NCBI GenBank assembly: GCA_945949515.1
Contig: CAMFEU010000003.1
Location: 2,398-66,397 of the forward strand
From: an uncultured Prevotella sp.
GTDB lineage: Bacteria; Bacteroidota; Bacteroidia; Bacteroidales; Bacteroidaceae
DNA: 64,000 nucleotides
Direction: 5' to 3'
Below are positions 1 through 9,486 of this stretch, piece after piece. Within the stretch, counting starts at the first letter, position 1, and each line of letters opens with the position of its first letter. The notes beneath the pieces were generated by a model, which made no database searches, was not told the origin of the DNA, and saw only the letters and a program-made list of their open reading frames with translations. Position numbers and translations under genes: made by a program.

Positions 1-22
1 CAAAAAGTGCAGATTGCCTTCG

Positions 23-64
23 TTGCTGTATAAAACACTCAAATTGCTGTATAAAACACTCAAA
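23..64. repeat. perfect 21-bp tandem direct repeat (ttgctgtataaaacactcaaa x2)
   Basis: read directly: 23-43 and 44-64 are identical. Confidence 0.9.
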
Positions 65-235
65 AATAAAATTTCTTTAAGAAAATGGGCCAATGCAGAG
101 ATTTTTTTGTACCTTTACACGCAAACAGGTTTTTAATTGATTTTGCAGCGTTTGGGGCGTGTGCCCTGCTCCTCACTGATGGGCTTGTGGCATGTGCGTC
201 TGCTCTTCAAAAGATAAAAAGCGTGCGTTGCATAC

Positions 236-312
236 ACAAAGAGGAACAAAGAAACAAAGAGGAACCAAAGGAACAAAGAAAGAACCAAAGAAAACAGAGG
301 AAAAAGACTTAA
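236..312 (+). repeat. purine-rich low-complexity tract with loose 8-9 nt periodicity (GAACAAAG-like units)
   Basis: acaaagaggaacaaagaaacaaagaggaaccaaaggaacaaagaaagaaccaaag...; it gives K/E/Q-rich pseudo-ORFs on the + strand. Confidence 0.6.
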
Positions 313-494
313 AGTAGAATGAAAACTATCATCCTGATGCGCCACATGAGTGGCGTCATTTTGAACTAACTACACTGAATTTTACAACAGACACCTGTGG
401 TGGGTTTTATCATCAGAGACACGTGAAAAACCCCACAAAAGACCATTTAGGGATATAACACTGAAGAATTGAGGAAAACCAAAAAAGGAAATAT

Positions 495-1853
495 ATGATT
501 AAATCAACTGCATTTGTAATTATCATTGACCTGATACTGGTGAACATACTGTGCGGTGTGTTCCAGCGGATAGGATGGCACGATGGTTCTGACACCATGT
601 GGTATCTGGTCAATGTTTTATATATTGTCACTGTATCTACGTTCAGACCCTTTGCACAAGACAAGTTTGTGCGAGTAGATCAGATATTTGGGCGCATACT
701 GAAATCGGGAACGATGTACTTCTTCCTGCTCGCAATATTCTTGTTGGTAGATAGCAATGCAGCTCCCCGTCCAGGAAGGTTCATATCATCATTCTGCTTC
801 AGTATAGTGGTGATGTTCTACGGCCGATATACGGCAAGAGAACTGCTGAGACATCTGCGATCGAGAGGAAAGAACACCATGCGCGTGGTGTTTGTGGGTG
901 CCGGACACAACCTGGCATATCTCTATCAGGTGATGATGAGCGAACTGAGCACTGGCTACCGTGTACTGGGATATTTTGAAGACAAAGACTCCAAACATCT
1001 GCCTGACACCATTACACGACTGGGCACAGTGAGCGACGTGGCAGCATGGCTGGAGAAGAACCCTGTAGATCAGGTTTACTGCAACCTGCCATCGAGCCGT
1101 TCCCATGAGATAGTGCAGACCATCAACTACTGCGAAAGTCACCTTATAAGATTCTTCTCAGTGCCCAATGTGCGCAACTATGTGCACAGACAGATGGTGG
1201 TAAGGATGATGGCCGACATGCCTGTGCTGACTATCCGACAGGAGCCGCTGAGCACGATGGGCAACAAATTTCTGAAACGCACCTTCGACATTCTGTTCAG
1301 TGCCTTGTTCCTCGTTACATGCTTTTGGTGGATATATATCATCGTGGCCATCATCACCAAGATAACGATGCCAGGGCCCGTATTCTTCAAACAAAAGAGA
1401 AACGGACTGCTGGGTGAGGAGTTCTACTGCCTGAAGTTCCGTTCAATGAAGGTAAACGCAGATGCCGACAAACTGCAAGCCACAAAGGATGACCCAAGAA
1501 AAACCAAGTGGGGCAACATTATGAGGAAAACAAACATTGACGAACTGCCACAGTTTATCAACGTGCTGATGGGCTCGATGTCGGTGGTGGGTCCAAGACC
1601 TCACATGGTGAAACACACAGAGGAATATTCGGCACTGATAGACAAGTACATGGTGCGCCACTGGGTGAAGCCTGGTATCACAGGCTGGGCACAAGTGCAA
1701 GGCGCAAGAGGAGAGACAAAAGAGCTGTGGCAAATGGAAGACCGCATTAAAAAGGATATATGGTATATAGAAAACTGGACCATGTGGTTGGATTTCCGAA
1801 TCATATATCTTACGGTGAGGAACATCTTCCTTGGCGACAAGCAAGCCTATTGA
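495..1853 (+). CDS. undecaprenyl-phosphate sugar-1-phosphate transferase (WbaP/WcaJ-type initiating glycosyltransferase)
   Basis: ATG at 495. N-terminal TM segments. C-terminal bacterial sugar-transferase motifs PGPVFFKQKRNG..FYCLKFRSM and DELPQFINVLMGSMSVVGPRPH. Confidence 0.9.
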   Translation: MIKSTAFVIIIDLILVNILCGVFQRIGWHDGSDTMWYLVNVLYIVTVSTFRPFAQDKFVRVDQIFGRILKSGTMYFFLLAIFLLVDSNAAPRPGRFISSFCFSIVVMFYGRYTARELLRHLRSRGKNTMRVVFVGAGHNLAYLYQVMMSELSTGYRVLGYFEDKDSKHLPDTITRLGTVSDVAAWLEKNPVDQVYCNLPSSRSHEIVQTINYCESHLIRFFSVPNVRNYVHRQMVVRMMADMPVLTIRQEPLSTMGNKFLKRTFDILFSALFLVTCFWWIYIIVAIITKITMPGPVFFKQKRNGLLGEEFYCLKFRSMKVNADADKLQATKDDPRKTKWGNIMRKTNIDELPQFINVLMGSMSVVGPRPHMVKHTEEYSALIDKYMVRHWVKPGITGWAQVQGARGETKELWQMEDRIKKDIWYIENWTMWLDFRIIYLTVRNIFLGDKQAY

Positions 1854-1890
1854 GCACCGCCTACCCGCCATAGGCTTGAAGCATCAAAAA

Positions 1891-1940
1891 AAAGGAAGTT
1901 ATGAAGAGAGGGAAAGCCTCATCATCATAACTTCCTTTTT
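1891..1940. terminator. bidirectional hairpin terminator between convergent genes
   Basis: aaaggaagttatga / tcataacttccttt 14-bp stem, with an A-run upstream and a T-run downstream. Confidence 0.7.
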
Positions 1941-1964
1941 CAATGCTTTGCTTCTGCCTATGGC

Positions 1965-3395
1965 TTACTCATGGGTATAGAGGTTCCAGCCCAGATAGTT
2001 CTCCAAGGCGTCGCGCACCACATCCACCACATCGGTACGTACCAATGCCACATGATGCTCAAAGGCATTGCGACAGATGTACTTGAGCAGTTGCTGCAGA
2101 TTGTTCACCTTGGTCACAGCGATACATCCATCCATTCCATACGGATCGCTGGTAATCTCTCCCTTGCCAAGGTATGCCTTGATGATGCCCTTTGGATCGT
2201 CGGTAGAGATGCGGAAGAAGGTGAACGGACCCTCAGACACCTTGGCATACACCGCTCCAAAGGTGCGCACCTTGCCCAGTGTTCTTCCCAACACGCCCAA
2301 GGGACCTAACTTCAAATCTTCGTTGCCCACAAAGCCACGGGCAAAGTTGCCACAGTGGGTGCACACACACTTGTTGCGGTCTTGCGCAAAGTTGTTGTTC
2401 CAGTCTGCCAAGGCTGCTGGCTGCTGGGTGGCCAATGTCAGGGCATACATAGAGATGGCTCCTGCCAGGTCGGTCTCGCAGGCTGCGGGGATAAGCTTGT
2501 CTGAAAGCATCGACATGGTGACACAGGCGGCACAGCCATAGTTTTGTTCCAGGCTGTCCCAACACTGAATAGCCACGGCATCCACCTGCTCTGCCTCCAT
2601 CCAGTTTTCTACTGCCACGCCAAATTTGGCTTGCACACGCAGTTTGTCTTGATAGTTTTCAGGCACTTTGGCGTATGCTGGTATTGTTTCCAGTTTTTTC
2701 AAGAACTTGGGGTCGTCATCGGCTATACGCTCTGCATTGTAGAGTATCTCTGACAAATCTACCGGCACCACAGTGATGCCCGCACGCTGCAATATCTTCT
2801 CACTGGCTCTACAGGTATTGAAGCCAAGCGGACGTGTACCTATCTGCCCCAAACGACAGTGACGCAAACCGTTTACCACACGGCACACAGCAGCAAACTT
2901 CACAATATCGGCCTTTACCAGCGGGTCGTATATATCATAGGTGTGATAGGTGGTGTCAGAGAAGGGAATGCCATACTGATAGAGGTTGTTGCAAACTGAA
3001 ATCTTTCCGCAGAAGGCATCACGACGCTGATCCAGATCTACCTTGTCGTTATAGTCATCGTAGGCCTGCACCAATACTGGCACATTGAGGTTTGCCTCGC
3101 TGATGGCGTTGATGATGCCTATCTCATAACCAAAATTGGGCAGGCACACGATGATACCATCAATGCGCTCACGATTCTCTTTGAACTGTGCAGCCACCTT
3201 CAGTCCGTCTTCACGGGTTTCAATGGATGAGCTGCCGGTCACGGTGGCATCTTCGGGCAGTATTACATACTCGTAGCCACACTCGTCCATAATGCGCAGT
3301 ATCTCCTTTCTCACATCTTTTGCCAATGCCGAGTTGAAGTAGGCACGGGTTCCGATGATGATGCCGAAACACTGTTTTTTAGTTACTTTGTTCAT
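1965..3395 (-). CDS. L-fucose/L-arabinose isomerase family protein (short, 476 aa)
   Basis: uninterrupted 476-aa ORF, last gene of the transketolase/kinase operon. Family assignment is from overall resemblance to FucI-like isomerases and has not been verified by search. Confidence 0.6.
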   Translation of the reverse strand: MNKVTKKQCFGIIIGTRAYFNSALAKDVRKEILRIMDECGYEYVILPEDATVTGSSSIETREDGLKVAAQFKENRERIDGIIVCLPNFGYEIGIINAISEANLNVPVLVQAYDDYNDKVDLDQRRDAFCGKISVCNNLYQYGIPFSDTTYHTYDIYDPLVKADIVKFAAVCRVVNGLRHCRLGQIGTRPLGFNTCRASEKILQRAGITVVPVDLSEILYNAERIADDDPKFLKKLETIPAYAKVPENYQDKLRVQAKFGVAVENWMEAEQVDAVAIQCWDSLEQNYGCAACVTMSMLSDKLIPAACETDLAGAISMYALTLATQQPAALADWNNNFAQDRNKCVCTHCGNFARGFVGNEDLKLGPLGVLGRTLGKVRTFGAVYAKVSEGPFTFFRISTDDPKGIIKAYLGKGEITSDPYGMDGCIAVTKVNNLQQLLKYICRNAFEHHVALVRTDVVDVVRDALENYLGWNLYTHE

Positions 3396-3420
3396 TTTGT
3401 TTTAGGTTTTAAGTTTTTAT

Positions 3421-4920
3421 TTAGGCTTGTTGGTTTGTCATTTGTATCACCCCGTTCACGGCACGATGCCATCCTGCCACCATCTGTGCCACCTGTTCAC
3501 GGGGCATGGCACTGTGAAACGCCTGGCGCGACTTGCGATGCTGTGCCACCTCGCTGAAAGAAGCATACACCCCACGTGCCAGCACATTCATCACAACGGC
3601 ACCAAGGGCACTTGCCTCCTCCACATCAGAGCAGTTTACCGATACGCCAAGCATGTCTGACTGCATCTGCATCAGTGTTTGGTTCTTGGTAGGACCGCCA
3701 TCGACACGCAGCTCTTTCAGAGACACTCCTGCCCTCTCTGTCATGGCTGTCACCAGGTCGTTTACCTGATAACATATACTCTCCAGAGCGGCACGCAGCA
3801 CATGGGCACGTGTGGTGGAAAGGCTCATGCCCACCAAGGCGGCACGTGCTTCCGTATTCCACCAAGGAGCTCCCAATCCGGCAAAGGCAGGCACAAGATA
3901 CACGCCTCCCGTATCGGTCACACGCAGTGCCTCTTGCTCCACTTCTGCCGGCGAGCCAATCAGCTGCAGTTGGTCGGCCATCCACTTCAGGGTGGCTCCC
4001 GTGCAGTGGATATTGCCCTCAAAACCGTAGTAGGTATGCCCCTTGGCAGCAAACGCCACCGAGGTGACCAACCCCTCTGGAGCCTTACAGAAGTTCTCAC
4101 CGACATTCACCATCACGCTCGATCCCGTGCCGTAGGTAGCCTTGCCATAGCCCTCGGCAAAGCACATCTGCCCTGCCAATGCACCATGACTGTCGCCCAG
4201 CACACCCGCTATCTTGATGGGTTGCGGCAACACGCCTTCCACTGTTGTTTCACCAAAAGAGGCATCGCAGGGCAGCACTTGAGGCATCATGCTGGCGGGA
4301 ATATCAAAGAGTTTCAGCAATTCCTCATCCCATTGCAGCGTACGGATATTGAGCAGCAGGGTTCTGCTGGCATTGGTCACATCAGTCAGGTGGTGCTTGC
4401 CACCTGTGAGTTTCCACACCAGCCAACTGTCGATAGTGCCCATGAGCAGATTACCTGCATCGGCTTCACTGCTTGCACCTTCCACATGGTGGAGCAGCCA
4501 ATGCACACCACTGGCAGAGAAATAGGGGTCTATCAGCAGTCCGCTTCTCTCTTGCACCATCTCTTGCCATCCCTCGGCCTTGAGTTGGTTGCAGTATGCA
4601 GCCCCTCTCAGGCATTGCCACACCACAGCATGAGCAATGGGTTTGCCTGTGTGGCGGTTCCACACCACCACCGTTTCTCTTTGATTGGTGATGGCCATGG
4701 AGTACTCATATTTGTCTGCGGGTTCATCGGCCAGCAGTTCTCTGACGCCCTCCACCACATTATTATATATCTCCTCGGCATCGTGTTCCACCCACCCGGG
4801 TTGGGGATAATACTGCTGGTGAGCCTTGTTCACACGTTTCAGCATCCGCAACTGCTCGTCAAAGAGCATCACCTTGGTACCACTGGTACTCTGGTCGATA
4901 GCTATAATCCTGTGTTCCAT
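3421..4920 (-). CDS. FGGY-family carbohydrate kinase (glycerol-kinase-like)
   Basis: motifs IIAIDQSTSGTK, GWVEHDAEEI, NQRETVVVWN, DGGPTKN. ATG at 4920 preferred; a GTG at 4929 would overlap the upstream stop. Confidence 0.85.
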   Translation of the reverse strand: MEHRIIAIDQSTSGTKVMLFDEQLRMLKRVNKAHQQYYPQPGWVEHDAEEIYNNVVEGVRELLADEPADKYEYSMAITNQRETVVVWNRHTGKPIAHAVVWQCLRGAAYCNQLKAEGWQEMVQERSGLLIDPYFSASGVHWLLHHVEGASSEADAGNLLMGTIDSWLVWKLTGGKHHLTDVTNASRTLLLNIRTLQWDEELLKLFDIPASMMPQVLPCDASFGETTVEGVLPQPIKIAGVLGDSHGALAGQMCFAEGYGKATYGTGSSVMVNVGENFCKAPEGLVTSVAFAAKGHTYYGFEGNIHCTGATLKWMADQLQLIGSPAEVEQEALRVTDTGGVYLVPAFAGLGAPWWNTEARAALVGMSLSTTRAHVLRAALESICYQVNDLVTAMTERAGVSLKELRVDGGPTKNQTLMQMQSDMLGVSVNCSDVEEASALGAVVMNVLARGVYASFSEVAQHRKSRQAFHSAMPREQVAQMVAGWHRAVNGVIQMTNQQA

Positions 4921-4925
4921 ACCCG

Positions 4926-5852
4926 TCACTTGTTGAGAAAATCAAGAGCAGACTTCACTATGCCCTCTGCATCCATGCCGTAATGATGGAAAATCTCCTT
5001 GTTGGTGCCGTGCACCGCATTTTCGTCAGGAATACCTATGATGCGTACAGGCACAGGATGTTCTGACAACAGCTCGCACACCATGGCACCCAAACCGCCA
5101 CATCTGCTGTGCTCTTCCACGGTGATGATGCGCCCTGTCTCGGCAGCAGCCTTCAGCACGGCTTCTTCATCGCACGGCTTAATCCAACTCATGTCGAGCA
5201 CGCGTGCCGAAATGCCCTGTGCAGCCAACTGCCTACCAGCCTGCAAGCAGTGCCACACTGTTTCGCCAGCGCCTATGATGGTAAGGTCGGTGCCCTGCAA
5301 CAGCATGTTTGCCTTGCCTATCTCAAAGGTAAAGTCATCGTTCTCATACACATCGGGCACTGCGGCTCTGCCCACTCTTACATACACAGGATGGGGATAA
5401 TCCACCAGAAAGCGCACCAGTTTTTCCGTGCTTCTGCCATCGGGAGGCAGACAGATATTCATACCAGGGAAACAGCGCAGGGCAGCCATATCGTGCAAAC
5501 TGTGATGGGTGGCTCCCAAAGCACCGTATGCCACGCCACCGCTCACGCCCAGAATCTTCACGGGGTTCTCGCTATATGCCACATCCACCTTTACCTGTTC
5601 CAAACTGCGGGCCACATAGAAGCACGCCGGACCACAGACAAAAGTCTTCATTCCAGAGTGGGCCAGACCAGCAGCAATACCCACTGCATTCTGTTCGGCA
5701 ATGCCACATTCCACAAACTGTTTTGGCAATTCCTTGGCAAAGTCGCTAAGGGTCACCGAGCCACGTGCATCGGTGGTTACTGCCACTATCTGTTTATCTG
5801 TTTTTGCCAAGGCCAGCAGGGTCTCGGTAAAACTCTTTCTGCATGCTTTCAT
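4926..5852 (-). CDS. transketolase, C-terminal (pyrimidine-binding) subunit
   Basis: ECGIAEQNAVGIAAGLA motif and about 310 aa size. ATG at 5852, 5 nt after the stop of the N-terminal subunit. Confidence 0.9.
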   Translation of the reverse strand: MKACRKSFTETLLALAKTDKQIVAVTTDARGSVTLSDFAKELPKQFVECGIAEQNAVGIAAGLAHSGMKTFVCGPACFYVARSLEQVKVDVAYSENPVKILGVSGGVAYGALGATHHSLHDMAALRCFPGMNICLPPDGRSTEKLVRFLVDYPHPVYVRVGRAAVPDVYENDDFTFEIGKANMLLQGTDLTIIGAGETVWHCLQAGRQLAAQGISARVLDMSWIKPCDEEAVLKAAAETGRIITVEEHSRCGGLGAMVCELLSEHPVPVRIIGIPDENAVHGTNKEIFHHYGMDAEGIVKSALDFLNK

Positions 5853-5857
5853 GATTG

Positions 5858-6703
5858 TCAATGGTTGTTGGTTTGTTGTTCCAGATGTGCTATTCTCTCG
5901 CTAATCTCGGCAATGGCCTGCTGGTATTGCTCTTCGTTGGGCATACCATGATGCCACGATGCCACATTCTCCATGTAGCTCACGCCCTTACCCTTGGTGG
6001 TGTTGCTAATCAGCAGATGGGGCTTGCCGTTCTGATAGTCTATGCTGTCAAAGGTTTCCACGATGCTCTGCATCTCATCTCCGTTCATCTCTTTCACATC
6101 CCAGCCAAAGGCGGTCCAGCGCTGGCGTATGTCCTCTATGGCCATCACATCCTCTGTGTTGCCGCTTATCTGAAGATGGTTGCGGTCGATCACGGCAACG
6201 AGATTGTCCAAATGATAATGCCCTCCTGCCATGGCTGCCTCGTAGATGGAGCCTTCGCCTTGTTCGCCATCGCCCATCATCACATAGGTGTGCCACAACT
6301 CGCCTTTCATCCTGGCGGCAATAGCCATACCCACACCTATGCTCAAGCCATGACCCAAAGCACCAGAGTTGACCTCAATGCCATTGACTTCGATAGTGGG
6401 ATGACCACTGAGCACACTGCCATACTGTCCCAAGGTATTGAGCAGGGCAGCATCAATAAATCCACATTGTTCCAACACAGTGTAGAGGGCTTCTACACAA
6501 TGACCTTTGCTCAGTATAAAACGGTCGCGGGAGGCATCCTTCACCTTCTCGGGACTCACATTCATCACTCTGTTGTATAGGGCTGTCATCACATTGAGGC
6601 ACGACAAGTCGCCACCTATATGACCGGCGCCGCCATGATAGACTACTTCAACAAGGCGCCTACGATTTCTCTCTGCTGTCAACTGCAGTGCACATGTATC
6701 CAT
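5858..6703 (-). CDS. transketolase, N-terminal (TPP-binding) subunit
   Basis: GHIGGDLS and GDGEQGEGSIYEA thiamine-diphosphate motifs, 281 aa. Confidence 0.9.
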   Translation of the reverse strand: MDTCALQLTAERNRRRLVEVVYHGGAGHIGGDLSCLNVMTALYNRVMNVSPEKVKDASRDRFILSKGHCVEALYTVLEQCGFIDAALLNTLGQYGSVLSGHPTIEVNGIEVNSGALGHGLSIGVGMAIAARMKGELWHTYVMMGDGEQGEGSIYEAAMAGGHYHLDNLVAVIDRNHLQISGNTEDVMAIEDIRQRWTAFGWDVKEMNGDEMQSIVETFDSIDYQNGKPHLLISNTTKGKGVSYMENVASWHHGMPNEEQYQQAIAEISERIAHLEQQTNNH

Positions 6704-6737
6704 TGTACGTTTTAGGTTTTATTGATTAGTTTGATTG

Positions 6738-6745
6738 CAAATATA
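6738..6745 (-). promoter_or_regulatory. Bacteroidota -7 promoter box (TAtaTTTG) for the transketolase operon
   Basis: reverse complement of caaatata, about 35 nt upstream of the ATG at 6703. Confidence 0.55.
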
Positions 6746-6897
6746 CAATTTCTTTTTCTGAATAGGGGTAGAATTCCTTTTTTTTCAAATAATTACACCA
6801 TATTTGAGGCCATATTTGAGAGCTGTGTCCACCAAAGATAGGCTGCACTCGGCAAAAACATTTCAAACAAGTTTGATGTTTTTACGCTCATTTGCAC

Positions 6898-6905
6898 TAT
6901 CTTTG
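6898..6905 (+). promoter_or_regulatory. -7 promoter box TAtcTTTG
   Basis: 33 nt upstream of the ATG at 6938. Confidence 0.55.
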
Positions 6906-6937
6906 CACTGAGGAATGAACAAAGAATAGAAAAAAAC

Positions 6938-7888
6938 ATGAGAAACAGAATATGTGAACTCTTTGGCATTGAGAAGCCAATTATACAGGGAGGCATGGTA
7001 TGGTGCAGTGGCTGGCGCTTGGCTGCCGCAGTGAGCAACGCAGGTGGATTGGGACTGCTGGGTGCAGGCTCCATGCACCCAGAAACACTGATAGAACACA
7101 TCAGAAAGATGAAGGCTGCCACCACAAAGCCATGGGGCATCAACGTACCACTGATGTACCCTGAGATAGACCGTCTGGTGCAGATTATCATTGATGAAGG
7201 AGTGAAGATTGTATTCACTTCGGCTGGCAGTCCCAAGAAATACACTGCCCAGTTCCATGCGGCTGGCATCAAGGTGGCACACGTGGTGTCGAGCAGCAAG
7301 TTTGCCCGCAAGTGCGAAGATGCTGGAGTGGATGCCATCGTGGCAGAAGGTTTTGAAGCCGGAGGGCACAACGGACGAGAGGAGACCACTACCCTGACAC
7401 TGATTCCACAGGTGCGCCAAGCCACCTCGCTGCCACTGATTGCCGCAGGAGGTATTGCCAGCGGACGTGCCATCCTTGCCACACAAGTGCTGGGTGCAGA
7501 GGGCGTTCAGATAGGTACCCTGTTTGCACTCACCGAGGAAAGTTCTGCATCGCAAGCCTTCAAGGAGCGCTGCACTGCGCTGGAAGAGGGCGACACAATG
7601 CTTTGCTTGAAGAAGATTGCACCGTCGAGACTGATTAAAAACGCACTTTATCAAGATATTGCAGCGGCTGAAGCACGTGGTGCCGAAGCTGAAGAGCTGC
7701 GCAGTATCTTGGGTAAGGCATCCACCAAACGAGGCATCTTTGAGGGAGATGTGGAGCGTGGAGAACTGGAAATAGGACAGATTGCCTCTGCCATCAAGCA
7801 GATACTTCCTGTAAAGGATGTGATGGAGCAACTGTGGAAAGAATACAAAGAAGGAATAGACGGATTGATTTCTGTCAGTGCAGAATAA
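6938..7888 (+). CDS. fabK: enoyl-ACP reductase II / nitronate monooxygenase family flavoprotein
   Basis: PIIQGGMVW, GGLGLLGAG, AEGFEAGGHNG motifs, 316 aa. Confidence 0.75.
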   Translation: MRNRICELFGIEKPIIQGGMVWCSGWRLAAAVSNAGGLGLLGAGSMHPETLIEHIRKMKAATTKPWGINVPLMYPEIDRLVQIIIDEGVKIVFTSAGSPKKYTAQFHAAGIKVAHVVSSSKFARKCEDAGVDAIVAEGFEAGGHNGREETTTLTLIPQVRQATSLPLIAAGGIASGRAILATQVLGAEGVQIGTLFALTEESSASQAFKERCTALEEGDTMLCLKKIAPSRLIKNALYQDIAAAEARGAEAEELRSILGKASTKRGIFEGDVERGELEIGQIASAIKQILPVKDVMEQLWKEYKEGIDGLISVSAE

Positions 7889-8900
7889 AGAAGATCAGTT
7901 CTTGCATCAAGTCATCGGAAGAGGTAGATGGATTGTCAAGTCCCTTTGACTTGGCATCTATCTCCCTGATTTTTGAAATGATCTGCATCACCTTCACACC
8001 CTTATACTTTTCCATGCCAACAAGATAGTCGCGGACACTCCAGGCATTGCGCATACCCAACCACTGCGCCAAGGCTTCTGGATTGGTTCGCTGCGGACAG
8101 TAGTAGGCTATCATCAACGTCTGGAAATAATTGAAAAGCATGGGAATGAGCGAATAGGCACTGCCCGCCTTGGGATTATTGGCAAAGTACTTGATTATCA
8201 GATTGGCTTTGTGCACATTGCGGTTTACCAGTGCATCGCGCAACTCAAAGGCATTGAAATCCTTGCTCACACCTATCTGCTGCTCCACCACCTGGGGGGT
8301 GATGCGCTTGTTGTCTGCGGGCAGTCCGATGAGCAGCTTGTCGAGTTCTGCTGTCAGTCTGTTCAAGTCTGCCCCCACTGCATCTGCTATCATCTGCTGC
8401 GACTTATTGTCGATAGACGCCCCTTTCTGTTGCAGATATTTCTCGATGAAAGGCAGCAGGTCTCTCTCACGCAACTTTTTGCTTTCAAAAAGCACGCCCA
8501 CCTTTTCTATCACTCCCGTGATTCTCTTTCTGTGGTCAATCACCCCGTTCTTATGGCACAGCACAAGAATGGTGGAGGGCTGGGGATTTTTCAGATACTG
8601 CTCCAGGGCATCCATATTGCGGATATTCTGCGCCTCCTTTACGATGACCACCTGATGTTCTGCCATCATGGGATAGCGCCTTGCCATATCTGCCACAGCG
8701 GCAGCCGTTACGTCAGAACCAAAGAGAATGGTTTGGTTGAAATCACGCTCCTCGGGGGCAAGCACATGCTCGGCAATATAATCGCTTATCTTGTCAATAT
8801 AATATGCCTCTTCGCCCATCAGGTAGTAAATGGGAGCATATTTCTTCTCTTTCAAGGCCTTCATCACCGCCTCAAAGGTTTGCTGTTTCGCTTCTGCCAT
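7875..8900 (-). CDS. holA: DNA polymerase III subunit delta
   Basis: 341 aa with an N-terminus typical of HolA (YAPIYYLMGEEAYYID) and length/architecture typical of delta subunits. Confidence 0.8.
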   Translation of the reverse strand: MAEAKQQTFEAVMKALKEKKYAPIYYLMGEEAYYIDKISDYIAEHVLAPEERDFNQTILFGSDVTAAAVADMARRYPMMAEHQVVIVKEAQNIRNMDALEQYLKNPQPSTILVLCHKNGVIDHRKRITGVIEKVGVLFESKKLRERDLLPFIEKYLQQKGASIDNKSQQMIADAVGADLNRLTAELDKLLIGLPADNKRITPQVVEQQIGVSKDFNAFELRDALVNRNVHKANLIIKYFANNPKAGSAYSLIPMLFNYFQTLMIAYYCPQRTNPEALAQWLGMRNAWSVRDYLVGMEKYKGVKVMQIISKIREIDAKSKGLDNPSTSSDDLMQELIFFILH

Positions 8901-8989
8901 TATTTGTCATTGTTTGATTTTGACCACACAAAATTGCATCTTTTTTTCGATATCTCCAAACATTTGTATGAGGTATGCCGCTTTTTTCG

Positions 8990-8997
8990 TACTTTTG
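8990..8997 (+). promoter_or_regulatory. -7 promoter box TActTTTG
   Basis: 16 nt upstream of the ATG at 9013; supports the shorter start. Confidence 0.5.
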
Positions 8998-9012
8998 CAC
9001 CGTTACGTACTT

Positions 9013-9474
9013 ATGCAACCGCTCACACTTCCACCCTTTGACGCAAGGCTCAAGCAACAGCAGGGCAAGACAATGATTCTTGACATGCTGCGCCGCAAAT
9101 ACGTGGCACTCACTCCTGAAGAGTGGGTGCGCCAGCATTTTGTGCACTATCTTATGGAGCATCTGGGCTATCCGCAGTCATTACTGGCAAACGAGGTGGA
9201 ACTGCGCATCGGCGAAAAGAAGTTGCGATGCGACACCATCCTGTACAGCCGTTCTCTCAAGCCGCTTGCCATCATAGAATACAAGGCTCCCCATATTGCC
9301 CTACAACAAAAGGTGTTGCAACAGATTGCCGCCTACAATATTCTGCTGCATGTGGATTATCTGATGATAAGCAATGGAGTGCAGCACTACTGCTGCCAGA
9401 TGGATTACGAGCATCGCACCTACCGCTTTTTAGACAGCATCCCCCCCTATGCCCAAATGTTCCAAGACAGTTGA
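9013..9474 (+). CDS. type I restriction enzyme HsdR N-terminal-domain-like protein (stand-alone, about 153 aa)
   Basis: resembles the small HSDR_N-type nuclease-fold proteins (EEWVRQHFVHYL, RCDTILY...IIEYKAP). The ORF-track start at 8830 runs through the holA promoter region and was trimmed to the ATG at 9013. Confidence 0.6.
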   Translation: MQPLTLPPFDARLKQQQGKTMILDMLRRKYVALTPEEWVRQHFVHYLMEHLGYPQSLLANEVELRIGEKKLRCDTILYSRSLKPLAIIEYKAPHIALQQKVLQQIAAYNILLHVDYLMISNGVQHYCCQMDYEHRTYRFLDSIPPYAQMFQDS

Positions 9475-9486
9475 TGACCCGCAAGG

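Noticed and set aside
85-345. 75-aa (+) and 70-aa (-) ORFs with K/E/Q-rich or F/L/S-rich sequence
   Set aside because: They are generated by the purine-rich low-complexity tract at 236-312. There is no start context and no plausible fold.
3679-4983. 434-aa plus-strand ORF
   Set aside because: It lies entirely antisense to the FGGY kinase and the transketolase C-subunit, which have clear motifs. Its His/Gly/Cys-rich composition with no recognisable motif is typical of a shadow ORF.
6793-7831. 229-aa and 322-aa minus-strand ORFs
   Set aside because: They are antisense to the fabK-like gene, which has clear NMO/FabK motifs; they are shadow ORFs.
7875-7888. 14-bp overlap of convergent fabK and holA 3' ends
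   Set aside because: Short convergent overlaps are common in compact genomes, and no additional structure was seen.
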